The translations under genes were made by a program, and so were the position numbers. 64,000 nucleotides of DNA from the NCBI RefSeq assembly GCF_964355755.1, contig NC_092679.1, forward strand, positions 2,758,201-2,822,200. Direction: 5' to 3'. The stretch is from Antedon mediterranea (taxonomy: Eukaryota; Animalia; Echinodermata). Below the pieces are notes generated by a model. The model was not told where the DNA came from, did not search any database, and saw only the letters and a list, made by a program, of their open reading frames with translations. Positions 1 through 12,820 of this stretch are shown one piece after another; position 1 is the stretch's first letter; each line of letters opens with the position of its first letter.

Positions 1-593
1 AATAATATCACACTTTACTGAAAGAATAACGGTATAATTTACAATAACAACAAACACGGAAATTCCCCCACACCTACCAACCGATCTTCAGCTTTAGTGA
101 ATAATAACCGTATAGTAATAATTGAAAAGACTTTTAGTGTATACAATTGTTATTATTGATTGAAAGAGGGAATTATTGAATATGTTCCTTGACTTAAGAT
201 AATGATCTACTGTATGAAGTTTCTGTTTCCTGAAAATTCACCCAAATGATACTATCAAATTTTAGAATTTTAATTTTTAACAATTGGAAGCTCTTCGATG
301 ATATCGATACAAATCAAACTATTGAACCAGACAATAATATACTGACTGCTAATATTTCCTCATGCCATACTTTATCAGTTATTGTATGAATACCACGATG
401 TCACCTTTCTAACACTTGGCCCAACATATGCTGATATAGCTCTTATCAATTCATAAGTTAGTTAAAGCTCATATTGTACGTTTACTGCGTGACATAGTTG
501 CTGGGATCAGACCTCTTTGTAACATCAATTATAGGCCTACTTAACATTTAACTTCGTAACAGATCTTCATTCGTTGTTGTGTGAGACACAATA

Positions 594-3500
594 ATGTTAC
601 CATTTATGCTGCTTATATTATTGGAACTGCTGATACGTAAGTTTAATGTTATTTATAGGGTATACCCTCCAATTAAAGACCACTATTGGCACAACAGATG
701 GATAGTCTATTAGTGTTGGTCACTAATTGGAATAAATTGATGAAAGATTCTGAACCAGATATGTTGTTTTTTTGTTCAACCAGAATACAGAGCTTGGGAA
801 GGTTTTAGTTGGAGCCTGGAGAATTAGGCAATTTACACTCATAGGGTGCGCAACGCAGGGACGTTACGCGCAACGCAAATTAATTTGTGACCAATCATAT
901 CGATTCGACGGATCATTCATAATCGCGCCGTGATTGGTCATGTTACTTGCATATTGCGTTTCGTCCTAGTGGGAACCGTCTTAAACATTCACAGACTAGG
1001 CCTTACTAATTATTCCTGCTGCAACCGCAATAATAAAATAATTATTTGCATACAATTTGAATATATAATCGATATACGTTATAAGTACGACATATTTAAA
1101 AGGAAAACAATATTTTTCTGTTTCGTAGTATTGATTTTAAAATATTTATCCTTGTTCTTACATTGAACCTATCCATTTTATGGGCAATAATACAATTATT
1201 TTACTGAGAAGTTTATACGGCCAACTTTTGCCAAACTAAAACTTGGTTCCCACTAGAGACACAACACAAGGCCCTGTAAACAGTTCGAATATTTTATCTT
1301 GCTTGTGATTGGTCAAATCGCTCACATAAAAGCGCCATAATTCCAACCACCCATCACCTGCACATTTAAGTGTTATTTTCTACTGGTCTCTGGTGACCAT
1401 GTTAGGTTGAAAATAATTCATAATAATGTTGTTCTTAAATCTTCATTAGATTGGAACAGAGTCGAAGCCCGGGTGATACATGAAGGAATTTGTTATGAAA
1501 ATGGAATAACGTATGAAAAGCAAGTAAGAAAGATGGGCTGCGACAGCATATCATGGTAAGATTTGTTTGTTTTCTGCTCTGTGTTCGTCCGCCAACAAAA
1601 CACTACCTTTGTCGCGTTTGCGTGTCTCCCAAATATGGACACCTTTCCCAAAATCCCCGGTAATGCAATTTCAAGCTTCTTTTTTTTTTTTGCAATAATT
1701 TTAAGAAAGTATCAAACAAGATGGTAATATTAGTAATATCAATCAATAGATTTAGAGGTGATCTTGGTGGATCGTTTGTTACATAATTATTCTAGGCAAT
1801 ATTTGGTATTTTGATTATCATGGAGAATATTAACGTTTTCTAAATGATCTTATCTTAACATTATCTTGAATAAACCAATCCTGTTCTTTTTTACAGTACT
1901 TGCATCGATCTTAGATGGGAATGCACAAAATTAGCATGTCCAGGTAGGCATTCGTTTATTTGATAAGCCATATAACGTTGGGTTGTTATACCGCTCAAAT
2001 AGACTTCCGTTTTCGTTTTAAAATACAAGGAAACTTTCTACATGTAAAAATATATTTTGTATTGAAATAAAAATTGGAAAGATAATAGAAAGAATCTAGT
2101 ATAATACAACCCTGATTGTTCATTAGTTCATACATCGCAGAGGTCCCTTTTTATTGTTCAATTAATGTATTGTTAAGCGAAAATACTAAATTTAGGGAGA
2201 TAGTGTTGAAAAGGCTTCCGCATTTCTGTTCAGTCCGCTACAAATATCCTAAAACTTTCTAGAATTAACTGCTTCCGTGTCTTTGGTGTATCGTGATTGA
2301 TGGCCATGTCTGGGTAGGGGGTGGGAGAAATCATTAATTCTTTAATTCAATAGATTGCCAATCATATATACAAAATTATTGGAACGTACTGTAACAGTTC
2401 GCCTTCTGATCGCCATAAATAAATCTATTTCAAAGGAACTTATTTCCTAATGTTTTGTCGTGTTTTACCTTCAATTATTACATACGGCATCAGGTGGTTC
2501 CATTTATCGTCCAAATTGATTATAAATGTAATATTGTCTTTTGAGAAAGCCTGTCCTAGGCACTCTTACAGTATGTCCCTATTCGAAAATATAATAAATA
2601 CCGTTATAATAGTTAGAAATAATCTTCATATGGAAGCGGTTCAAACAATGTGTGAATACTTTTTTTTTATTTCTTAGTATATACTGTAATTTATTATTCT
2701 AATTAACAGTAAGAAAATCGAGAATTAAGAGAGAAGTAGAATATAATGCAACGACTACCGAGCCATCGACTACCGAGCCGTCGACTACCGAACCGTCGAC
2801 TACAGAACCGTCGACTACAGAACCATCGACTACCGAACCATCGACTACCGAGCCGTCGACTACAGAGCCGTCGACTACAGAACAATCGACAACCGAGCTG
2901 TCGACTACCAAGCCATCGACTACAGTCGAGCCATTGACTACAGAACAATCGACTACAGAACCGTCGACTACCGAGCCATCGACTACCGAACCATCGACTA
3001 CCAAGCCATCGACTACAGAGCCATCGACTACCGAGCCGTCGACTACCGAGCCGTCGACTACCGAGCCGTCGACTACCGAGCCGTCGACTACCGAACCGTC
3101 GACTACCGAACCGTCGACTACAGAACCGTCGACTACCGAACCATCGACTACCGAACCATCGACTACCGAGCCGTCGACTACAGAGCCGTCGACTACAGAA
3201 CAATCGACAACCGAGCTGTCGACTACCAAGCCATCGACTACAGTCGAGCCATTGACTACAGAACAATCGACTACAGAACCGTCGACTACCGAGCCATCGA
3301 CTACCGAGCCATCGACTACAGAGCCATCGACTACCGAGCCATCGACTACCGAGCCATCGACTACCGAGCCATCGACTACCGAGCCATCGACTACCGAGCC
3401 GTCGACTACCGAACCGTTGACTACACAACCGTCGACTACAGAACCGTCGACTACCGAACCGTCGACTACCGAGCCGTCGACTACAGAGCCGTCGACTACA

Positions 3501-6500
3501 GAACAATCGACAACCGAGCTGTCGACTACCAAGCCATCGACTACAGTCGAGCCATTGACTACAGAACAATCGACTACAGAACCGTCGACTACCGAGCCAT
3601 CGACTACCGAGCCATCGACTACAGAGCCATCGACTACCGAGCCATCGACTACCGAGCCGTCGACTACCGAGCCGTCGACTACCGAACCGTCGACTACAGA
3701 ACCGTCGAGTACAGAACCGTCGAGTACAGAACCATCAACTACCGAGCCGTCGACTACAGAGCCGTCGACTACAGAACAATCGACAACCGAGCTGTCTACA
3801 GTCGAGCCATTGACTACAGAACAATCGACTACAGAACCGTCGACTACCGAGCCATCGACTACCGAGCCATCGACTACCGAGCCGTCGACTACCGAGCCGT
3901 CGACTAACGGAGCCGTCGACAACGGAGCCGTCGACTACAGAACAACATGTTTATGTCTAACAACTGATTCACTAACCACTGAGCCATCGACTACTGAGCC
4001 ATCAACTACTGAGCCAGCGACTACTGAGCCATCGAATACCGAGCCATCGAATACCGAGCCACTGATTACAGAGCCATCGACTACAGAGCCATCGACTACA
4101 GAGCCATCGACTACAGAGCCATCGACTACAGAGCCATCGACTACAGAGCCATCGACTACAGAGCCATCGACCACTGAGCCATCGACCACCGAGCCATCGA
4201 CTACAGAGCCATCGACTTCAGAGCCGTCGACTACAGTCGAGCCGTCGACTACAGAGCCGTCGACTACAGAGCCGTCGACTACAGAGCCGTCGACTACAGA
4301 GCCGTCGACTACAGAGCCGTCGACTACAGAGCCGTCGACTACAGAGCCGTCGACTACAGATCCGTCGACTACAGAGCCGTCGACTACCGAACCGTCGACT
4401 ACCGAACCCTCGACTGCCGAACCATCGACTGCCGAACCATCGACTATCGAAGCATCGACTACGGAACCATCGAATAAGTCTAAGTCATCAGAAAAAGTCT
4501 CAACGACTGAGCCATCTCAATCCTCGACGATTGAGCCATCGACAACTCCAGTATCAATTTCTAGGAGTGTCACGACCGTTTTGTCACTAACACCTTGTGA
4601 ATGTGGTTCAACAGCAGAAACTGTAGTTTGTATGTTTAACAGTCAAGTTTACAATGCAGGTGATGAAAGGTTTGAAGAAGAAGGATGCAATACGTGGTAA
4701 GTTTAAACTAAAACATTATAAAAATGTGTAAATTAAAATGTATGTCATAGGCTTAAGGGGCATTCCCACCTGTTTACTGTCACATGAAAATCGAATAATC
4801 CTTAAACGTACACATAGACTATGTTTAACAACGACATTATGTTATTGACATATTAACTCTCTTGCTAAAATTGGAGTATCAAAGTTAAATCTAAATAAAG
4901 GTTCGAATTTGTATCATCATACGCATTGGCCTGATTTTGTAACGCACACGCCGGCTAATGTCTCAAGAAAAGGCCATATACATGGTTGTATAGTCGCGTG
5001 CTCAAGTTAGTGTTTACCGACCGACCGACCAAAAGGGTACTCAATAAAAGTTTCAAATAAACCTACCAAAAATGTAGTCAACTTCGCACAACGTTTTTTT
5101 AAAATTATTTTATTTTGATATTCTTCTTTTTTACCCCAAATAGTACCTGCAATACTGGAAAATGGGAGTGTACTGATATAGGCCTAGACTGCCAAGGTAA
5201 GGTTAAACACAAACCAAAATCAAACTTAAGCTGGATTCCCACTAGAACGTAACGCAAAGACGTAAACGCAACGCAAGCGTTTTAACCAATGACAAGCGAA
5301 GTTATAGAGAGTTAGCAATCACAAGCGAATAAGCCATCGTTTGTGATTGGTCAATTCACTTGCGTTGCGTTACGTCCTTGCGTTGCGTCGCTAGTGGGAA
5401 CCACGTTTTACTGACAAACAAATTGATTACAATACAATTTATGTATTATCTATGTTTTTTATTTTCCATATATGGACACCTTCTCAACATTTAGACAAGT
5501 GAGTATTAATTTGTTTATATTAAATTAGAATATCTTAATTATTATTCTATTACAATATAAAATAATTAATATAATATAGCAGGTTTATTTTGTAGCATAT
5601 GTATTTATGTTTGTAGTAGGTTTAAATTTATAGCTGGTTTATTTCTGTAGCATATTTTAAATGTTTATAATTCTAGTGTAGCATACTTCACCGTAAAAGC
5701 CTGTTTTCCTGTCGATGTTGTGATACCGATAGCGAGTACCTTTTCCTGTAAATCGTTAGCATTTCAATGTTTACGTAGAAGATCGCCGATTATTGTTAAC
5801 GATAGCGTCGAATAACGTCGACAGGAAAACAGGTTTAAATTGAAATAAGGATTTCGTAGCTACAACTTTAGTAGCAACGACTTTTGTAGCAACACCTTTT
5901 GTAGCATACACTAAATGATATCTACTTTTACAATGCAGAACTGTTGTCCAGATGAGCTTTACCCTGAACTTAACCTTCAGCACTATTGCAAATGATATCG
6001 AAGAGTTCAAAACGTAAGTGGACGCTTCCATAATGCTTGGTTCCCACTAGAACGTAACGCAAGGACGTAAACGCAACGCAAGCGTTTTAACCAATGACAA
6101 GCGAAGTTATAGACAGTTAGCAATCACAAGCGAATAAGCCATCGCTTGTGATTGGTCAATTCACTTGCGTTGCGTAACGTCCTTGCGTTGCGTCGCTAGT
6201 AGTGGGAACCACTACAGTAGAACGCAACACAGCGACGTATTGACCTAAAGTGCCGTATAGCGCAATCACAAGTGGGAACCGACGACACAACAGTACTGCA
6301 AACATCGCATGTTTGATTTCACGCAGGCGGAGGCAAACACAATTATTGTAAGGGCATTTGCTTACGTTGCGTAGGTTGCGTTACGTTGCGTCGCTAGTGG
6401 GAATCAAGTTTTAGATCCAACTTCATTTCTTTCAATTCTGACGGAATACAACAAGTTTTCAAGTTATATAATACAATTCAGTAATTGTTTCAATTTATTT

Positions 6501-8616
6501 TACAGTTTCATTGTAGGTCAATTATCTACAACGTTTGGCGTTGGAATAAATACTTTTATAGATGTACAGGTAAAAAAGACATTTTGGTTCAACGTTTTTA
6601 ACGAAATTGAGGAGAGAACTTGAAAGCAAATAGAAAGTTTCCAAATTCTTATGTGAACCATGGGTCTATAAAGTTAGATGTTATGATGTATCTACACATA
6701 TTTTAATATGTGTAGATACATCATTTAAAAATGGTCTTAGTTACTTGGTTATGTTTAGTTCTTCTAAATTTTATATTTTCGTTTTGTAGATACGCGAAGG
6801 TAGTGTTATTGTTGAATTCAAGCTTATTGATAATGATGATGAGGACATAAATGTTGAAGAAGTAGCTACTAAGATGTTTGAAGAGGTAATAATAATGATA
6901 ATGATAATGATGGTGATGACGATGACGACGACGATGATAATAATAATGATAATCTTCTATAGTAAATTGAAAAAGAAGAATAATGAATTTACTTTTGCGG
7001 TACCATAATATGTTTCTAAAAACGAAATAAAGTTGAGTATGTCTGGAGTAATAGTTGTAGCATCACAACATAAACACAGCAACTCGCAACCTAATTTATT
7101 TCTTATTATATTATATCTTACAACAGATAAGTACAGTATACTTCACAGGTATTTTTCGGTGACGTTTTTTAAAGGAAATTCGTACAACTCGTATAAAACA
7201 TTTAACTGTTTCTTGGTTTTCCGTGATTGTAATATATTGTAATGTTAAGTATGATGATGAATACAATATTTTCTTTCTGATATAGTTACCTTTCGTTACC
7301 ATCGAATACAACAACCAAAGTATACCTGTCATTAGTGTTGACGATCCAGAGATCATTTACCGCCCTACGATTACAACAAATAAAATGACAACAGATTCAC
7401 CACAAGAGTCACCTGCTGATGATGATGGCAACAACACAGCGCTTATACTAGGATTAATTTGTGTGGCTATTGTAATTGTGGTTGGAATAGTATTAGTGTT
7501 TTATATAGTAAGTGTTTGAATATATTCTATAAATCTCACATGAGCACATTGTATGGTTGTTTAACTGCCCCCACACTTTAATATCTCTATCCTTTGAAAA
7601 CACGTTACCAAATCTGCACACAAATCGCCAATCTTTGAATTGATTGCGTTTTAAAATAACTACCGTATGTTAACCCGTATAGTAAATTTAGATTGAAACC
7701 TTGGCGAATTAGTCGACTATTAAAGTTCAATGAATGTCGTCTTAAACTCTGACTACACTATCAAACTAGTTTGACAAAAAAAAGTGTGATGTGCCCAAAT
7801 ATGTTAGTGATATGACATTATCATGTCCATATATGGACACATCACATTTGTTGCCATATAAAGTTTGAAGGTGTAAACAGAGCTTTAGGTATAATTGTAC
7901 CATGGAGTAGAATTTTACCGTGTAAAGGGTCCTTCATTGTGCATATAGTACATTGTATTAAAATCTTTTGCATAAAATCACCAAACTATATTAATGTTTT
8001 TAGGAACGTAAACGGAGAAGCAACGTATCAATTAAACAAGATACAGCGAACCTACCAGTAAGTAATTGATTTAGTGTTTTAATATAAAATATGCTTTTTT
8101 AAAAGAGTTATACCACCTTATTGATTACACCATTTCTATCTCATCCGTTTCTCAACGTTATCAGTTTCTACTTTTTTAAAAGAGCATTCTCCGTTACTGC
8201 TCCTCGTCTGTGGAATGCTCTACCGAGCTCTATAAGATTTTGCAAAACTGTTGATACTTTTAAAAAATTATTAAAAACACATTTATTCATTAAGGCATAT
8301 GGAAATCATGAGGTTTCTTAAAGTTGTTTAGACTTAGAATTGTTTTGTATACCTTTTCCTGGCCAGCATTATCTTTGGGGTGCCTCTGTCTTGGTTGTTG
8401 TCTCTGAGCACCCGGTCGTCTGTGGCAAGGCAAATGTGTATCCTGCTCCTTTGTTTGGTCACCTAGGTAGGGGTCCGGGACCGCGACAGAACGACAACGG
8501 ATGGGGACCCTCCAAAGAAATTGCATTTTATTTGTCAGGAATTTGTATGATTTATTTCTTTTTTATTTTTAAATGCGCCTTGAGCACTCTGGAGTGGTAT
8601 GTGCGCTATAAAAATC

Positions 8617-8647
<31 letters not shown>

Positions 8648-11075
8648 TTGGTTGTCTCGCCTATCGGGCTTCCATCAATACCGTTCCGGATTACATCAGT
8701 CGCATGTTAACCAGGACTCAGCCCGGAGGTCGACCTACTACCAGATCCATCTCTAATTGTAATTATATTATTCCTCGACCTTCTTTAGAGATTTTTAAAC
8801 AATGTTTCAGTTATAAAGCGCCTATGTATTTTAATATCACCCGATTCTGCTACTGTCAATAGGTATGTATCTGTATAACTATCACCTAGGGACAGTAGCA
8901 GAATCGGTTGTAATATGATTCCTAACATCATTCGACAATCTGAAAATGTTATTTCCTTTAAACGTGAACTTAAACAATTTATTTCCAGTTAATATTGTTC
9001 GTACTATGTATATATATATATATATTTTTTCATTTGTCAACGATTTTAACTTTTATATGAATTTTATATAATCATTGTAAATTTTTAAGCCTTTAATATA
9101 TTTTATGTCATTTGAATATTTAATATTTTATGTGTTGTACTGTATGTATGTTTTATCGAGGGCCCTGAATGATCAGTTCTATTAGGAACTGGATAGGCTA
9201 CCCTCAGTAAATATGGTAATAAATAAATAAATAAATAACCAATCAGAGGTAATTAATTAAACAATAAAGTGCGCATGAGCCCAATCACAACGAAACAATG
9301 TTTCCTTCAGATCAAATGTTAACAAAATAATCGGTTACTTTTTTTCGAGCGGAATCTGGTAAATCCCGGCAGTTGATCGTTTATTATATGGCTGCGGGAA
9401 ACACGGCCTTGCACGCAACGCAATTACGTATGAACGCCGCAAGTAATTTAATCATCAAACTATAATAATAACTAAACGCTAAACATTGTTTTTAATATTT
9501 GTTTCAGAGGGAAGCTGAAGCAGGCGAAGTTGAAATGGTAAAATAACATGTTATCATTTATTCTGTTAAATATATTAAATGATCCGTGACGACAAAGATA
9601 TGATAAGGTGCCAAAGACTATAGTTATTGGCAACGTGACGCGATGACGTGTAACCAATGACTTATGATATTAGTAATGTAATAATGTGTTTTTTTACAGG
9701 TACAGAATGACAGTAATGTAAAGGTAAACAGTACAGATACATTAATATGATACATTAATATTAAGCCTATCGTCGTACAATATAAAAATCTTTTTGTAAT
9801 TTATGTTATTAGTCTATAAATTGAAAAATATGGTTTTTTTTATGCAGAAAGTTGAGAACGAATATGTAAACACAGTTGCTGTTGTAGATGTAATTGCTAT
9901 GGTAAGTTTCCATATTCAGAAGACAAGGCATGTAAGGCGTTCATGCGAACAGGTAGCTTAGTAAAGCTTGGTTCCCACTAGAACGTAACGCAAGGACGTA
10001 AACGCAACGCAAGCGTTTTAACCAATGACAAGCGAAGTTATAGACAGTTAGCAATCACAAGCGAATAAGCCATCGCTTGTGATTGGTCAATTCACTTGCG
10101 TTGCGTTACGTCCTTACGTTGCGTCGCTAGTGGGAACCACGCTTGTAGGGTGTCACTGCCAACTCAACTAACGCACGCAAATAAACCAACCCATAAACGA
10201 TGGATTATTCGAATGTCGCCCTGTCATGTTGAGCTTAAGATGTCATTGTGTTTCGTCCTACCTAGTGGGAACCAAGCTTAAAAACGCCAACGACTGCATA
10301 AAGCATGGTTCCCGCTAGAACGCAACGCAGTGACGTATCGACGCAAAGTGCTGTATTGCGTAATCACAAGGGCATTTTCTTAGGTTGCGTAGATTGCGTT
10401 ACGTTGCGTCGCCTGTGAGAACCAAGCTTTAGTGGGAACCAAGCTTAAAAACGCCAACGACTGGAGTACAATCGACGCCGTGTCAACTTCTATCTACAAA
10501 TATAGATATACTTTTCCGAGAAATCCTTTGTCGACCGCGACAGTGATTTTAATAGTTATTGACGTCACGATTTTGTTTTTATTGTTTACAGGAAGAAAAG
10601 GAAAAAAACCCCGAGGTAATTGCCGTAAATTAGAAGTAGTAGCAACTTTAGGCCTAGGCCTTGATGTTCATTTTATATAGGGGTGTATGAAAAAGTTAAA
10701 TGGCATGTTATTACTGTACATTATATTTGATAAAACTAATTTTGTCTTTTGCAGGAGAGTCATGAGGAGAAACCTGTAGATGAAAAGTTTACAGAGGTAT
10801 GGTAGTAAATTTGAAAGTACCGTAGTTAATCATAAAACAGTTTTGTTTGCAATGCTATGTATGGACAAATTAAATTCAAAGTTATTCCATTATATTTGAT
10901 AAAACTCCTTTTTTCTTTTGCAGGAGAATACCGTACAGGAGACTTTTACAGAGGTATTGTAGTAAATTTAAATATACCGTAGTTAATCATAAATATGTTT
11001 TGCAATGCAAATTACAGAAAAAACTATAAAAATATGATTAACCTTCAATTATATTTTCAGAGTTCGGAAATTTGA
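594..11075 (+). CDS. Gene A: type I transmembrane mucin-like protein (signal peptide, VWC-like module, furin site, TTEPS mucin stalk, VWC-like module, SEA domain, TM, tail with one YxN motif)
   Basis: Phase-consistent GT-AG exons: 594-636 (MLPFMLLILLELLI), 1450-1555, 1897-1943 (CTCIDLRWECTKLACP), 2710-4696 (RKSRIKR, TTEPS repeats, CECG..CMFN..CNT), 5144-5196 (CTCNTGKWECTDIGLDCQ), 5495-5498, 5939-6013, 6506-6569, 6790-6885 ([10 protein letters not shown]), 7286-7507 (TM LILGLICVAIVIVVGIVLVFYI), 8004-8057 (ERKRR), 9700-9723, 9848-9901 (ENEYVNT), 10592-10615, 10755-10796, 10924-10953, 11061-11075 (SSEI*). Exon homology to genes B-D supports the model. Confidence 0.85.
2752..4470 (+). repeat. Coding 15-bp tandem repeat (TTEPS) of gene A, with higher-order blocks
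   Basis: Unit tcgact ac(c/a) ga(g/a) cc(a/g). The marker block [21 protein letters not shown] recurs about every 300 bp. Confidence 0.97.
5228..5408. mobile_element. MITE family 1 (~180-bp palindromic element, termini aagcttggttcccactag..ctagtgggaaccaagctt); representative copy
   Basis: Near-perfect internal palindrome. Further full or partial copies near 840-980, 1240, 6034-6410, 9963-10446, 11450-11628, 17755, 19727, 23037, 26135, 26524-26670, 31069, 32360, 33546-33711, 52810-53050 and 62720-62902. Confidence 0.9.
8180..8646 (+). mobile_element. LINE 3' end fragment
   Basis: RAFSVTAPRLWNALPSSIR..TFKKLLKTHLF is a typical CR1/L2 ORF2 C-terminus, followed by a UTR and a (TTA)n tail. Confidence 0.75.
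8700..9238 (+). mobile_element. Second LINE 3' end fragment, interrupted by a small inverted-repeat insertion (8841-8908)
   Basis: YIIPRPSLEIFKQCFSYKAP..SFKRELKQF-like C-terminus and an (AAAT)n tail. Confidence 0.55.
9963..10446. mobile_element. Cluster of MITE family 1 copies
   Basis: One full copy at 9963-10143 plus nested partial copies. Confidence 0.85.
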
Positions 11076-12820
11076 GTGTGACGTCAAACAAGAAGACACA
11101 ATTAACATAAATGTGTTGGACATGTGAAAATGAATTATGAGAACTTTTGTATCAATGTGGATACAAGATAAAAAGTGGGGTTATCAAGGGTGGAGGGTGC
11201 CTTTAAGGTATAACTAAATTTGGAAATCTTCAATAACATGCAGATTAACACATATAATGAGGTTATCACGGAAATTAATGTGATGTTTTGGTATAAAAAA
11301 ACAGTAACTATTTTATTGATTATTTTGTAAAAAAAACAAGATAAATTGACGTACAGGGCCATTGGCCTTTATGTTATTTTCTAACACTAACTAAGCGCGT
11401 ACATAATGATGTAAGACAGAGAGATGTGTGCCTATTTAAAGTACCATTTTTCTAGAACGCAACGCAGCGACGTATTGACGCAAAGTGATGTATTGCGTAA
11501 TCACAAGTGGGAATTGACGACGCAAAAGGTTTGATTTCACGCAGGCGGGGCAAACACAATTATTGGAAAAGCATTTCCTTACGTTGCGTCGGTTGTTGCG
11601 TTGCGTAGCTAGTAGGAACCAAGTTTTAATATGTTCTAACATGCACTAACTAAGCGCGTACATAATGATGTAAGACAGAGAAATGTGTAGCTATTTAAGT
11701 ACCATTTTTCGGGAAGAGTGGTCAAGGAGGGTGGGAGGTTTGGAAGTTGGGCAAGACGTGTGGCGTGCAATAGGCTATAAGCATTGGCTTAACATGATCC
11801 AGGCGCCACATGTGATAACATGTTTTATCATTTTTAGTTATAGATTTATTACTGTAGGGATGTGTACATGTTTGTAAATGTTACCGTCTTAGAATTGTAG
11901 AAGGAGAAATAAAACGAACACTGAAACATATGATGCTGTGTTGAGAGTTGTCTATGATATTGGACAATACTCTATGAATGATTAGATGACTGTAGGGATG
12001 TGTACATGTTTGTAAATGTACCGTCTTAGAATTGTAGATTTCTATCCTTAAAATTTAAATTGTACATTGTTTTTATATATTCAAAAGAGAGAGATGAAAA
12101 AATAAAACGAACACTGAAACATGTGACGCTGTGTTACAGAGTTGTCTATGATACTGGACACTACTCTAATGATTAAACAAAAGGTTATATATCTATTCGA
12201 ACTTGATTACTATTATAATATTGTTGATTCTGAAAGTTATTTTACGGTACGATAAAACGTATTGTCACAACAAAGGCAAACAAACAAAACAAAAACAGTA
12301 TATCAATTGTTCGCGGATTAGTGAAAATACCGTAAGTCTTAGCAATTTGTAAAGACTCAATATGCAATGCGTCGTTTCGTCATGTATATCCATGAATTTT
12401 CCAGTCGCTATCCCTCAACCATGCGTGCGTCATAACTGTTGACGAGACAATTGCCTGAATACGGATATTTCCTCCACCCATATAATTGTTAAGGTAAAAT
12501 GAACAGGAACAATATATAGTCAAGGATATCATTTATCCAACTTTAATCCATTGATAGAAAGGGAATTTATATGAAACTTCCTATGAAGAAACAATAATCT
12601 ATTCAGCACATCTATTCATCTCACAAAAATCCTTTCTTCTTCATGTTGAAAATTGATTGAGCTCTTCATTGTCAATGTCAATATAGGTCCAGATATAGAA
12701 ATCAGACTATTCTATAGAACAATATTATTGTATTTCCTCATGCCATACGTTTTGGGTATTGTATAAATAATTGTCACCATTACTTATATCCGTATTAAAA
12801 GTGATAAAATATATACGTGC

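Noticed and set aside
784-801. Possible extra 18-nt in-frame exon in gene A intron 1
   Set aside because: Good acceptor but poor donor (gtttta), no paralog support, and not needed for frame.
2699-3922. Long minus-strand ORFs of VVDGS repeats (also 13274-14623, 20706-21386, 27526-28215) and alternative-frame R/L/P-rich ORFs
   Set aside because: Shadow frames of the stop-free TTEPS repeat. Splice sites, signal peptide and TM support only the + strand Thr/Ser/Pro frame.
11380-12170. Local direct duplications in the gene A 3' region
   Set aside because: Non-coding tandem duplications with no further structure seen.
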